A DNA stretch of 64,000 nucleotides, from contig MU054204.1 in the NCBI GenBank assembly GCA_013239625.1, positions 1,115,537 to 1,179,536 on the forward strand, read 5' to 3'. The number at the start of each line of letters is the position of its first letter. The first letter of the stretch is position 1. This document shows positions 50,050 through 62,756 of this stretch, piece by piece. This DNA comes from Lama guanicoe. Lineage: Eukaryota. Made by a program: the position numbers and the translations under genes. The notes below the pieces were generated by a model. The model ran no database searches and was not told the origin of the DNA. It was given only the letters and a program-made list of their open reading frames with translations.

Positions 50050-50710
50050 AAAGCCCTTCTGTCATAGCCGGGAACTCTGACTAAGCAACCATTGCGCCTG
50101 CGTCAAATCAGCGGCCAACTGGAGTTCGGGGCGCGACCGGGGTGGGGTTGCGGGGAAGGCGGGCTAATGCCCTGTGAGCACAGAAAATCCTCAGGATTGG
50201 TAAAAACTCGCATTGACCAATCAGGTCCCAAAATGAGCCTTGAGGCCCGCTCACCTCTCCGCGGATCCAATCGCTTGCTCCTGCACGCTCAAGCCGCCGA
50301 TTCAAAGGTAAAGAACCTAGAAAAGAAGAGACTGAGAAGCTGCGAGTGAAGCCTGGGCAAGTTGGCGGCCTCATTCCAACAGTGGGTGCCTGCCCGGGAC
50401 TCGGATGGGAACCGAGAGGATGGGTGGGGTCTGCGGACTGCCGTTCCTGCCTCCATCACGAGCTTGTGCAGAAAACCCCCTACATGGAAGGTGGTAGCGG
50501 CCCGTAGTGTCCCCTCCAACCCCACAATGGTTTCTTCCAAAGTAAACGCCACCTACCTAGTGGTACCCTCCAGAGCTGACTGTTCCATCTGCGCCTCCCG
50601 CAGTGGTATAACCTAGGGGACGGTTCTATCATCGACTTTTCATCTCTGCATCCGGAGGCCCCCTACTGGTGTGATCAAGGAGGCTTCAATGCCAATACCC
50701 TGTGAACCGT
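50050..50710. promoter_or_regulatory. CpG-rich promoter-like region, possibly bidirectional
   Basis: Local CpG enrichment; NRF1-like TGCGCCTGCGTC at 50093-50104; GGCGGG at ~50158; CCAAT boxes at 50196 (reverse), 50217 and 50267; TTCAAA (reverse CHR) at 50301; donors gag|gtgagc (-, 50254) and aag|gtaaag (+, 50308). Confidence 0.65.
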
Positions 50711-52129
50711 TCCTTCTCAGCCTCCTCCCATTCTGTGGACCCTTCCATCTCTATCTCCTCCCACTCCACACCCATGTTCCCAAATGGACTGCTCCAGGCC
50801 TTGACCCTGAAGGCCTTGCAGAGAGCAAAGGCTAAGGACTACAACCCCCTGCCTTAAAGCTCCTGCCCCAGGAGTGGGCTGAGGATGTCGATCATTGGAC
50901 AGCAATGTGGCAGCATCTATCAAAATAAAAAAACTGGAAATATAAAGAAGCTTTCATTCAATTAAAAAAAAAAGAATTGACGAAAATAAAAACTGAAAGT
51001 ATCTTCCACTGGAATGTCAGCTCCACCAAAGCGGGAACATGTAGCTTTCTAGTTCCTTGAGTCTTCCCAACACCTAGAGCAGTGTCCGGCACAGAGTAGG
51101 CACTCCTTAAGTTGTTGAAGGGCTGACTCCTTAGATTCAGCAATTACACTTATAAGATTGTGTGCTAAAGAAACACACACATGTGCATATTACTGTGCGC
51201 ACAAGGATGGTACAAGCGAAATACCGATAGGCTGGGGAGTGGTGCTCTCAATGACCATTTATAGCCAACGACTTGCAGAGTAAAATTAATGACTAGGGTT
51301 CATGTTATACCACACAGCACCTGCTAGATATGATACAAAATGAGTGGGACCTCTGTGTACCTGCAGGGGCAAGGGGAAGTGCCTTCTACAGGACACGCTG
51401 TTAACAGAGAAAAAGCATGTGGAACGTGTGTGTGCAGAGAAAAGTGTCCGACCCCAAAAGCCTAGTGCCCGATCCCTGCTGGAGGAGCGGAGACTGGGCT
51501 TTGTTCACCGCAGATTTGGCTCCATACCGCTCGCAGGGCTATCCCAGGGGCTTGGGGCCGACTGGCTCAGGAGCCTGGGAGAGGGTAAGCCATTCCTTTC
51601 AGCTTCATTCATTCATTCGCAAATGCTGTGAGCTGAGTGACCTTTATGACTTGGATGAAGATTCGATGAAAGCTCACCCAGACCAACAATGGGAGGACAA
51701 GAATCTCCAGATCCTAACAGTCTCTGGGGATTCAGGCCTCCTGGGGTGACCTACACAAGGCCCAGAATGAGGCCCTGGCACCAGTTGGGCACTTGCATGG
51801 CAGGGAAAGGGGGTTCCATGTCGGTTTGGGAAGGGATCCTTAGGAGCCACAGGGAAATCTTGGAGCCTCAGTAACAGGAGTACCATCCGGAATGGAGGAG
51901 GGGACAGGGATGGTAAGGGATGGAGACTTAGCCCTAGGACTAAGGCTAGAACTCTCATAAAGGGAGCACTTTAAGAAAGATGTAACAAAATAGGCACAAT
52001 AAACTTCGGAGGGTAGTGCTGTCATCACCTCCACTTCATATATGAGGAGACTGTTGCCTCTTCTTCCCCGGTATCCCTTCTTGAACTTCCATGGGCTGCA
52101 CTCCTAATTCAATGCTTTAAAATGATTTC

Positions 52130-52370
52130 ATTAGCAAGCCCTTATTAAATATTTCTTATATGTCAGGAACTGTTCAAAATTCTTTACAAATATTAACTCA
52201 TGGAATATTTTTCACAACAACCTAATGAGGTAAGTAGTTTTGTTTTCTCCATTTTACAAATGTGGCACCTGAGAAACAGAGAGGTTTAGTAACCTGCCAG
52301 AGGTCACACAGCTGGGAAATCACGGAGCCAGGATTTAATCCAAAGCCATCTGGATCCAGAGTTCCAGCCT
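52130..52370 (-). mobile_element. MIR
   Basis: acaacctaatgaggtaag...ccattttacaaatgtggcacctgag...gaggtcacacagct...ggatttaatcc. Confidence 0.8.
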
Positions 52371-52841
52371 CATAAGCACATACTGCGTTGCCTTTTTGTT
52401 TTCTTTTTGTGCTTGTGTGTGTGTGTGTGTGCCTCCCTCACCAGACTGTGTGACTCCTGAGGGTTTGTGTGATGCCTGTGGGACTGCCAGGTTTCCAGCA
52501 GCAAGGACATACTTGACATTGCATGGGCCTCCCTGAGCAGATGCTGATTTGGTGGAGTAACCCGTCCCCCTTCCATCCAGGAGCGGACATCCGGAGTGCC
52601 CTCAGTGTGGCACCATGGGGAGTGAGCTTCTGTGTACCTGACCCTAAGAAGACCTTTCTGGGCAGCTGGGAGAGGCCGAAGGGCCATGACCCCATTCCGA
52701 CTAGTACAGTCATCTCAAATTTTCTGTAAGATCGAATCACTCGTTTTAAGTGAAATATTTTGGAAAGATTCTATCACTGCACAAAGTTGGAAACAATGTA
52801 TTGCCACAGGAGGTAACTGTAAAAATAGACAGTGAAAAATA

Positions 52842-53027
52842 CCGTATCTTATCGATTCTAAAATACTTTTTTTTCACATTTCAACATATCAGAAAGCAGG
52901 AATGCATCTTTCAGTCACTGAGATAAGGCAATGGGTCATAGGTTAATTAGCACCCTTTCTTTCTTGAGGCTTACTTAAAATAATGGTGTGACACAGTCTA
53001 TGGCATCTGAGATTTAATGAGATATGG
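52842..53027. mobile_element. MER104-like TcMar MITE
   Basis: TA-ccgtatcttatcgattctaa ... tgagatttaatgagatatgg-TA inverted termini. Confidence 0.7.
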
Positions 53028-53114
53028 TAAAAAAAATTCCAAAACTTTAAATTTTAAAGAATAACTTTCTTTTAGGTAATCACAGATCTATCTCATTTGC
53101 AGTGTCCTAAGCAC

Positions 53115-53635
53115 TTCTTTTTTCTCCCCAAATTTACTAAGACATAATTGACATGTACCATTGTATAAGTTTAAGGTGTACAACAACATAATGATTTAAC
53201 ATATGCATATATCGCTAAATGACCACCACAATAAGTTTAGTTAACACCCATCACCTGACATAGTTACAATTTTTCCCTTGTGATGAGAACTTTAAAGATC
53301 TAGTCTCCTTGCAACTTTCAAATATACAATACAGTATTGTTAACTAGAGATAGTAACCATGCTGTACATTAGATCCCCAGGACTTACTTACCTTATAACT
53401 GAAAGTTTTTACCTTTTGACCACCTTCACCCATTCCCTAGCCACCCTCCTCAACCCCCCACCTCTGGCAACCAGCAATCTGCTCTCTGTTTCTATGAGTT
53501 TGTTTTTTCGGATTCCACGCATAAATGAGATTATCCAGTCTTTGTCTTTCTCTGTCTGGCTTATTTCACTTAGCACAATGCCCTCAAGGTCCATCCATGT
53601 TAGTAGCAAATGGTAAGATTTCCTTCTTTTTTATG
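53115..53635 (-). mobile_element. L1MA-type 3' end
   Basis: Antisense frame TWMDLEGIVLSEISQTEKDK; ggcttatttcacttagcacaatgccctcaaggtccatccatg. Confidence 0.85.
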
Positions 53636-54780
53636 GATGATCCCAAGCCCTGCTTAGGTGCCATCTCACTTAATCCTCACTTAGGCCCCTTAGAGGAAAA
53701 TCCTGTCACCCCTGTCACTGGTGAGGACACTTGGGCCCAGAGAAGGCAGGCAACTGGCTCAAGCATCTAGCTCAGGCCGGGCAGAGCACAGCCAGGTGCC
53801 AAAACCCGTGAGGACAGCAGCTGGGGTGGTCCTGGCATTCACGCAGCTCCAGACCTCTCAGGGTCTCCTACCTGTCCTCACAGACTCAGCCATGCACCCT
53901 GTCATCCCAGCTCCTGCAGGACACTCACTGCAGCTCCACCCCTCAGAAACCCTCTCCCTTCCCCCCAGCCCTGGGGGAACTGCCCTGGACTCCTGGTCTG
54001 GGTCTGGAGTTTCATCTGGACCCTGGAGAGATTTCCAGATATGCCCCAACAGGGACCTTATGCGCGACCCCTGTGTGTGGGCAGGAGACAGGTGTCCTGC
54101 AGAATGTTCTGTCCTTGCAGGGAGCAGCGAGGGCCCTGAGGGGATGCTCTGAGGCAGCGCTGGGTGCTGGGTGAGAGGAAGCGAACTGGGATGGGGGTGT
54201 AACTGAGACCCTGTGACTAGGGCTGGGGGAGGGGGGCTAAAGAGGCCCCTGAGGTGAAAGGGGCGCCCTGGTGGCCGGTGAGGGGAGATCAGGGAACAGA
54301 CATGCTGAGGTGTCTGGAAGTTCTGGTCCAGACACCTGCGCTCTTCATACTCTGCTGCCCATCTCCCCCCGGATGCCCACAGGAGACTTTCACTCTCCCT
54401 GGCTGCCTCCTGCTCATGCTCAACAACTAGGCCACTTTAATGGAGGACAGAGCTGCAGAGCTTTGTGTAAGGTGTGTTGAGGGTCATAATCCCCTGAGTA
54501 CATAGATACATAACCCCTGAATTATGAAGATTAAACCACAAATGTAAGATACCATGTTCTATGTGTATGAGAGAGACAGACACACAGACAGAGACAGGCA
54601 CACAGACAGAGACAGAGGGGGGAGGGAAGAGGAGAAACAGAGAGAGAATGAGACAGTCAGAGACACAGAGACAAGTGAAGCCAAACGGCCTCTCTGTAGG
54701 TTCATAAATGGTAGTGATTTGGCCACTAGCAGACCCTAAAATCCATCCTACAGTTCTAGCTCCCTGAATGGTCTATTCTA

Positions 54781-55239
54781 GGGGCGAGGGTATAGCTCAG
54801 TGGTAGAGCATGTGCTTAGCATGCACGAGGTCCTCATCAGAGAAATGCAAATCAAAACTACAATGAGGTATCACCTCACACCAGTCAGAATGGCCGTCAT
54901 TCAAAAATCCAAAAATGACAAATGCTGGAGAGGCTGTGGAGAAAGGGGAACCCTCCTACACTGCTGGTGGGAATGCAGTTTGGTGCAGCCACTATGGAAA
55001 ACAGTGTGGAGATTCCTCAAAAGACTAGGAATAGACTTACCATATGACCCAGGAATCCCACCCCACTCCTGGTATCCAGAAGGAAATCTACTTCAGGATG
55101 ACACCTGCACTCCAATGTTCATAGCAGCACTATTTACAATAGCCAAAACATGGAAACAGCCTAAATGTCCATCAATAGATGACTGGATAAAGCATGCACG
55201 AGGTCCTGGGTTCAATCCCCAGTACTGCTATTAAAAAGT
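54781..55239 (+). mobile_element. vic-1-type SINE split by an L1 fragment (54835-55190)
   Basis: SINE TSD aatg(g/a)tc(t/c)attcta; L1 fragment bounded by an exact 17-bp TSD agcatgcacgaggtcct. Confidence 0.9.
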
Positions 55240-55674
55240 AATGATCCATTCTAAGGAGGTCTCCCCTGATCCCTCTAGGGGTCATGGTCATAACTTGAGG
55301 CAGGGGCTAGGGGCACAGGCTGCAAACAAACCTGGAGTTCTAACCCTCAGATCTCCACTACTTCCCATCTGCATGACACTGGGCAAATCATATAACCTTG
55401 CTGGGGCTCAGACTGTCACTTGTAAAATGAGGACAGTGGCATGTATAATTCATGCAAAGCACTGGCACACGGCAAGCCTAGGGCAAACAGTAACTGTTAC
55501 GATCAACACTGTCACTATTATTATTCCTGGTGGCCATTGACTGTTGCAGTATTTTTCTCCTTTGTGGGATGGGGACCTTTGCTGCTCTCAGAGGTAGGCC
55601 CCATCTGTCCACCTCTATGGACCCATTTGAGGACAGTGACAGTTACCACAAAGGTTTGGGAGCAGAAAAGGAGC

Positions 55675-55880
55675 TGTGATACACAGAATAATGACCCCCT
55701 CCCCCAAAGATGTCCACATTCTAATCCCCAGAACCTGTGAATGTGTCATGGCAAAAAGGACTTGGCAAGTGTGATAAGTTAAGAATCTTGAGCTGGGGAG
55801 ATTATGCTGGATTATCTGGATGGCTTCTGTGTAATCACAAAGATCCTTATAAGTGAAAGGAGGAGGCAGGAAAATCAGTG
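55675..55880 (+). mobile_element. MLT1D/E LTR 5' part
   Basis: cagaataatgacccc...aaagatgtccacattctaatccccagaacctgtgaatgtg...gggagattatgctggattatc. Confidence 0.8.
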
Positions 55881-55884
55881 TCCT

Positions 55885-57145
55885 TAGGACCATATTCTGG
55901 GTCATAACAAAATCTTAACAAATTTAAAACAACTGAAATAATTCACAGTATGTTCCTGGGCTATAAGGGAACCAGACTAGAAATCAATGCCAGAAAAATA
56001 TCTGGAAAATTTCCAAATGTTTGAAAATTAAAGACACTTACAAATAACCTATGAGTGCCTCAAAGAGTATGTCACAAAGCAAATTAGAAAATATTTTTAT
56101 TAAATGACACTGAAAATGCAACATAACAGTATTTGTGGTTTGCAGCTAAAGCAGTGCTTAGAGGTAAAATTATGACAGTAAATACTCATCTTACAAAAGA
56201 AGGTTATAGAAGAGGAAAGTTTCCCTTGACCCACTTAGGGTCCTTGGCTGGATCTGAAAATTAGAATGACAAAGACAGATTAACAAGAGAAAAGTATGCA
56301 AATTTATTTAATATAAATCTCACGTGACACGGGAGCCATCATAAGGAAATAAAGACCTGAGGAAACAGACCCAAGTAGTTTTATGCTAGGTTTGATTACA
56401 AGTGGACAGTCGTGGAGAAATATGATAGGATCAGAGAGCATGTGGTAAGTGTAGTAAACCGGGGTGAAAGTTAGCAAGGCCTGTTTGTTCAGATTCTTAT
56501 TAGGATTCCTTTATCTTCAGAAATAAGGATGCTCCTTTCCTTTCTCACATGAGGGCATATGATCTGTTTCAGGGAAAGGGGCAGGGGGAAGGTCAGAGTG
56601 ACCTCCTTGCTTTTGCTGTCTTCTCAAACTCCTTCAGCTTAAAGTATTCAATAAGCCAAGGTGCCATATTTTGGAGTAGCAAGTCCTGAACCCCATCAAT
56701 GATCCAAGCTTCCAACTCATGAAATTAGAAAAAGACAAATAAGCCTAAAGCAAGTTGAAGAAAGGAAATAATACAGACAAGAAATTAAGAAAATAGAAAA
56801 CATAACAATAGAAAAAACTCAATGAAACTAACAGCTAATTGCTTGGAAAGATCAATAAAATTGATAATTTAAAAAATAAACTCTAGCCGGGCTAACCAAA
56901 ACCACAAACAAATCAAAGAGAAGACAAATACCAATATCAGGAGTGAAAGAGAGACAGAGAGGGAAATAGGGAGTTAGTGTGTAACGAGTACAGGGTTTCA
57001 GTTTTGCAAAATGAAGAGTTTTGGAGATGTGATCGTTCACAATAATGTAAATGTACTTAATGCCACAGAACTGTACCCTTGTAAATGGTTACAAAGGTAA
57101 AACTTATGTTGTGCGTATTTAATCACAATTTAAAAATAAATAAAT
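55885..57145 (+). mobile_element. Old L1 ORF2 and 3' fragments containing an ERV1 LTR (-) at 56205-56698
   Basis: gaccatattctgggtcataa...gcagctaaagcagtgcttagaggtaaa; the LTR is homologous to 1830-2336. Confidence 0.8.
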
Positions 57146-58827
57146 AGTGTTTTAAACTTAGCAATGGTTGTTGTCAGTACCCCAAAGCAGGATGTTTCAG
57201 TGAAGGAGGAGGAGGCTGCTTACCCACAACTGCCGCAAATGCTGCAAGTTGTGGAATTCCACTTGCCCATGGCCCTGACTGACCCGAGCTGAGCAGCCTA
57301 GAGAGGCTGGTGCCTCTTTTGGAAATTCATCATCGGATTCTCAGCCTCATGATGCCCAGCAGACACATCTGGTGGTCTCTGGTCATCCTGAGGCCTTTGT
57401 TCCTGTGACATAGACCAATTTGTGCAACTATAAGCTGTACTCGGGCCTAGATAACTATTTCTTCTCCAAAGGTCCCAAGCTGAGGGTGCTGACACCAATC
57501 TTCAGCATGGCTTCTGACCTGGCCACACAGTGCCTGACAATGGTCTGTGATCAAAGCCTGAGCAATAAAAAGAGATTTCCAAACACCTTGAATGGCTAGA
57601 CTTGAGTCTAAACAGACCAGATGTCAGAGATTTATCTTCCTCCATAAGAAAAAAGAATTCCCTACCTTCCCTCATTCTCTGTATTTTCTGTCTTCCCTTT
57701 GAGTGCTTCTTCACCTAAATTTCTAAATCAAAGACCAGTTATCAGATGACTTGTAGCGAAAACCAGACATCAACCAGTTTTCCTTGGCTTTCAGCTCTGA
57801 AAACACTCAAAGTTGATACATCCTAAGAATTTCTGCTCCCTTGGGCCATCTTTTGTCCTTTACAAAAGGTTATTGTCAAAGCTGGGGAGGCCAGGGTTTG
57901 TAAGCCCATGGGCAATATACAATTCCAGTGCTCTGTAAAGTCTTCCACTAGGGAGGGAAACAATGAGTTTCCAATATTTTGTAGGAATTTGCCATAATAT
58001 TGGTATTAGAACTCAACAAAGAGAACTTAAATGGATAAGGTAAATTATATGTTTATATTTTAAGCATCCATTAATTAAGGAAAAGTATAAAAGTAGGGTT
58101 TTTTTTGCTTTTTATGTTTTTAAAACTTTTTTGAAGAGAAAAAAATAGATTTCAAAAAAATCTCTTGGAAATCAGGTAGCTAATATAAAACATTTAATGG
58201 AAGACTTAAAAAAACAAGTTGAGCAAATCTTCCAGAAAGTTGAATAAACAGACAAAAGGAGTGAAACAATTTTTTTAAGTCTTAATAAGGTGGTCTAAAG
58301 TTAGATTGAGAAAATTTCCAGATACTGAGAACAGAGGAAAAAAGGCAAAGAAAATTATCAAAGAAATAATGCAAGAATGCTCCTAAAAAATGAAAGCCAA
58401 GTGTATCCAACACAAATGAATAAAAGACAAAGGGGTATTACTGGAAAATTTCAGAATATGAAGAAAAAATAAAAATAAACAGTAAATCCTCAAAAAAGAA
58501 GATAACCCAATAAAACATGTACAAGATATGTGAACAGACAACAATGCATATTGATGAAAAATGAGCACATGAAAATACATGCTCAACATGTCGAAATGCA
58601 AATTCCAACCCCCGGGAGATGCCACTACACACACCCCTTTTAGAATGGCTAAAATGAAAAAGACTGACCATCTGAAGAGTTAATGAAGATGTGGAGCAAC
58701 TGGAGCCCTCGTACACTGCTGGTGAGGATGCACCACTTTGAAAAATATTTTGGCAGTTTGGCACTAAGGTTGTAGAAATAAATAAATCAATAAACTCCAG
58801 AGGAATTAAAGAAAAAGAATCTATGGT

Positions 58828-59440
58828 AATGGAATACTCCCTAGCCATAAAAAAGAATAAAATAATGCCATTTGCAGCAACATGGATGGACTTGGAGATT
58901 GTCATTTTAAGTGAAGTAAGCCCAAAAGAAAAATGCCATATGATATCACTTATATGTGGAATCAAAAAAAAAAAGAGGCACAAATGAACTTATCTACAAA
59001 ACAGAAACAAATACACAAAGAAAACAAACTTATGGTCACTGGGGGGAAAGGGGGTGGGAAGGGATAAATTGGAAGTTCAAGATTTGCAGATACTAATTAC
59101 TATATATAAAATAGATATACAAAGGGAGAGGGTATAGCTCAGTGGTAGAGTGTGTGCCTAGCATGCACGAGGTCGTGGGTTCTATCTCTGGTACCTCCAC
59201 CAAAAGTGATAAATAAATAGGTAAAACTAATTACCTCGCCCTCCAAATTTTTAAAAATAAATAAATAAAATAGATACACAAAAAGTTTCTACTGTATAGC
59301 ACAGGGAACTATATTCAGTATCTTGTAGTAACCTATAATGAAAAAGAGCATGAAAACGAATATATGTATATATATATGCTTTATGCTCTGCACCAGAAAT
59401 TGACACAACATTGTAAACTGACTACACTTCAATTTAAAAA
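58828..59440 (+). mobile_element. Young L1 3' end with nested vic-1 SINE (59124-59266), within older L1ME/HAL1-like debris (~58140-58800)
   Basis: L1 3' text; SINE gggagagggtatagctcagtggtagag with TSD aaaatagata(t/c)acaaa. Confidence 0.85.
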
Positions 59441-60155
59441 AATCAATGATACATTTACAATAAAAGGAATTTATGGGACAAGCAGAGCAAAGAAAAGTAT
59501 TTATGATGAATTTGAACTAAGACAGAAGAAAATACTGAAAGCAAATAGACAAGGAGAAGTACACAGGGGTTTAAGAATCCTGGGTTGAAAACTAGCTGCA
59601 CTGGGGACTAGTGCTTTGACCTTGAATAAGACACTTATCTTCAATAAGATACTTATCTTCTCTTATCCTCAATTACCTGATCTATAAAATAAGGATAATA
59701 GAGGGATGAATTTTTTTTAATGAAAGAGGGATAGTAACAGAGAGACTAACATGTACTTATAGTGAAGAAGTACCAGAGCACATACATCATCCCCTGGGAG
59801 AAGCCATTCCCTAACCACCTGGGTTACAGGGCTCTCCTGTTCTGAGCATCCCCTCGCTCTCCCCTGTCACTGCTCTCATCATCCTTGTTCTATCATTACC
59901 TTCTGAATGGTTCTCTACTCATTAATTCAGAGCTCTTTGAGAACATATCCTGGCAGGAATCAATCATTCCTATGTCCTCAGAGCCTGCCTAGCCCAGAGC
60001 GAGGAGATTGATTCCCAGCAGGTGCTCAGAAAAGATTGTTTTTTGGCTTTGGATTGGGTTTGGGTTTGGGTTGTTTGTTTGGGGTTGTTTTGTTTTGTTT
60101 TGTTTTTGGTCTGAGTGATGACGACAGGCAATGCTCATTTAATCAAGTATAGTGA

Positions 60156-60626
60156 TGATAGGATTCAGGACACACTGACCTCAAAATATGGCACCCTGGC
60201 ATGTGGAATATTTCAAGTTGAATTAATTTAAGAAACGGCAGGTACAGGCAGGATTTTCTGACCTTTCTCTGAAGTAGGTCATAAGACTCTCATATGGGAG
60301 CTGCCCTCCCTCTACCTGAAGGAAAGGAGCATCCTTATTGCCAAACACACAAGGACACTGCCAAGAATCTGAACAGACAGGCCTTGATGTTTCCCCTAGT
60401 TTACTATACTCAGCTCACACTCTTTTCTATCTTACCCATGTTTCCAGGACTTTCCACCCTTCATCAAATCTAGCATAAAACACTTAGGTGTAACCATTTC
60501 TTCAGGTCATGTAAAACTTACTATATTAAATTAATATGCTTTTAACTCTTGTTACTTTTCCTTTGTTTCAATGGCCCCAGCCAAGAACTTAGAAGGGTAG
60601 GGAAAAATATTTTTTTCCTCCCTATA
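60156..60626 (+). mobile_element. Solo ERV1 LTR (MER39-like)
   Basis: tgataggattcaggacac...caaaatatggc...gccaagaacttagaagggtag...ttttcctccctata. Confidence 0.75.
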
Positions 60627-60725
60627 CCATTATTAAACCAGCATTTGGTTATTGGAAACAATACATTATAAACAAGAGATCATAGGAAATATCTCCATGC
60701 AAACTTCTGTTCTCTTAGAGGGAGG

Positions 60726-61325
60726 TGTGCAGGAAAGTTACCTCAGCCGGCCTGGGTTGCTCCAATCCTGCACATACCAAAGAAGACTGCCTCCAGGACT
60801 GGCCCTTGGATGGCTCCTAAGAGATAACCTCTGAGCCCTTGGAATATTTTGCCTTCTTGAGACCTTGGACCACCCCGTACCAGCAGGATTGAGTAAGTTT
60901 ATCCGAACAATGTAATTTACAGTGAATATCTGTTTTTGCTCTGGGGACATAGCGTCTGAGTAGCTGAGGACAGTCACATGAACTCCGCATGCCTATGTGA
61001 CTAACTCCCAAGAAAAAATATGGACCCCCAAGGCTCAGATGAGCATCCCTGGTTGGTAAATACTTCACATGTATTGTCCCACATCATTACTGGGAGAATA
61101 TATAAGTGTGTCCTCATGCAATTCTCCTGAGAAGGGACCCCTGGGGAGGAATCTAGCACCTGGTTTCCCTTGGACTTCACCCCACACACCTTTTTCCTTT
61201 GCTGATTCTAATCTGTAACCTTTTGCTGTGATAAACCGAACCATGACTATTAACAGCTTCTGGGCCCTTTGAGTCCTTCTAGCAGATCATCAAGCCTGAG
61301 GGTGGTCTTGAAGATCTCTGACACA
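60726..61325 (+). mobile_element. Solo ERVL LTR (MER77/MER21 group)
   Basis: tgtgcaggaaag...gagataacctctgagcccttggaatat...gagtccttctagcagatcatcaagcctgagggtggtcttg...acaca. Confidence 0.75.
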
Positions 61326-62756
61326 GGGAGTGATTGCTCTTTACCCCACACTGTTTCAGAAGCATCTAGTACCAGGGTATTGCCTACTTTTATATTTATA
61401 ATGAATCTTGGTCACTACTTCTTTCTCAGATCAACCTCAGTTAGGGGCTCCTTTGGCTAATTCGCTAAGGTCTTCCCATATACAAAGGGGCTGAGGGAAA
61501 AACTAACCTCTCAGTAAACACTTCTTGAATAAACAACACTGTCAATCTGGTTATTTGAGTTTCAAGAGTAAGGCATAGATGTCACTTGGCCTTGCAGCAA
61601 CAGAATCAAGTATGTGAACCCAGTGATCAGTGAGTATGGGAAGCCCAGTTGACTTCTTCCACCCTCGTGAGTCTCCGCTCCTTATTTTCCTCCTGCTTGG
61701 GGCCACCCCCACTCACCACTTTCTTCCTAGGTCCCTTCCCTGTGCTCCCCTTTTGCACTTCAACTGCCCTTCTGTTTATGAGTCTGTCTGCCCCACCAAT
61801 GTAACATTCCCCATGGAAAACACCACATGTATCCATACGTTATTTCCCTTATTCACCACAGTGATAATTTAGTGTAAATATTTTAATTCCTAATTTAGAA
61901 ATGAGGAAACAGACTCGAAGGATATAGTTACCTTTCCCAACATCACACAGTGTATGTTACAGCCAGGATCAAAACCAATGGCTATTCCATGCCATGGCCT
62001 ATAAGGAGACAGAGTAGGTAGGACCCAAGTCATTTTGCCTCAGCAAGCTGTCCTGGTCCCATTCCTTCTTCCTATGTTCTAATCCTTTCATCCAGGTCTA
62101 GGCCTAGGAACTTCTCATATATTTTCTGCCAAATTAGGATACCTGACATTTAGTCACATTTTTTAATTTGAACCATAGAATTTCAGTCCTTTTAGATCAG
62201 GAAATATTTTTGACCCTGTGTAAGAGGGAGAAATAATTGCTGATCATAATTAAAGCTCTATCATTACTTAAGCAGGGTGAATTCTAGGTAAGGTCTTTTT
62301 TCATAACTGTTTTTGGTGTCTGAGGATACAAATGGGAGCTGCGAGATGTAACCTGCCGCCGTTTTGTATTAATAGGGTTATAAGGCTGGAATCAGGCACT
62401 TGGGGGGTTCTGAGTGAAATCTGTGACAGTCAGGCCAACAGATTTTGCAGAGGAAATGTACTTGTTGCTGCTCCCTCCCAACCTCTAAATAGCTCCAGAG
62501 GACAGGTATTTGCAGGGGATGTTGCGGCATTTTGCCATGAGGCTTATTGGATATTTTTTTTCTCTGTCTCCCGATAAATTACCCCCAAAAGGTTCAGTAA
62601 TCTAGTCATATTTTTCTGTAACACTATATGTCTCTCTATAGCAGATCAAACAAAATATAGTATTTCCAAAACAGGAACAATTTACAACAACATCAAATAC
62701 CTAGGAATAAATTTAACAAAAGATGTGCAAGAATTCTTTGGACAAAACCGCAAAAC

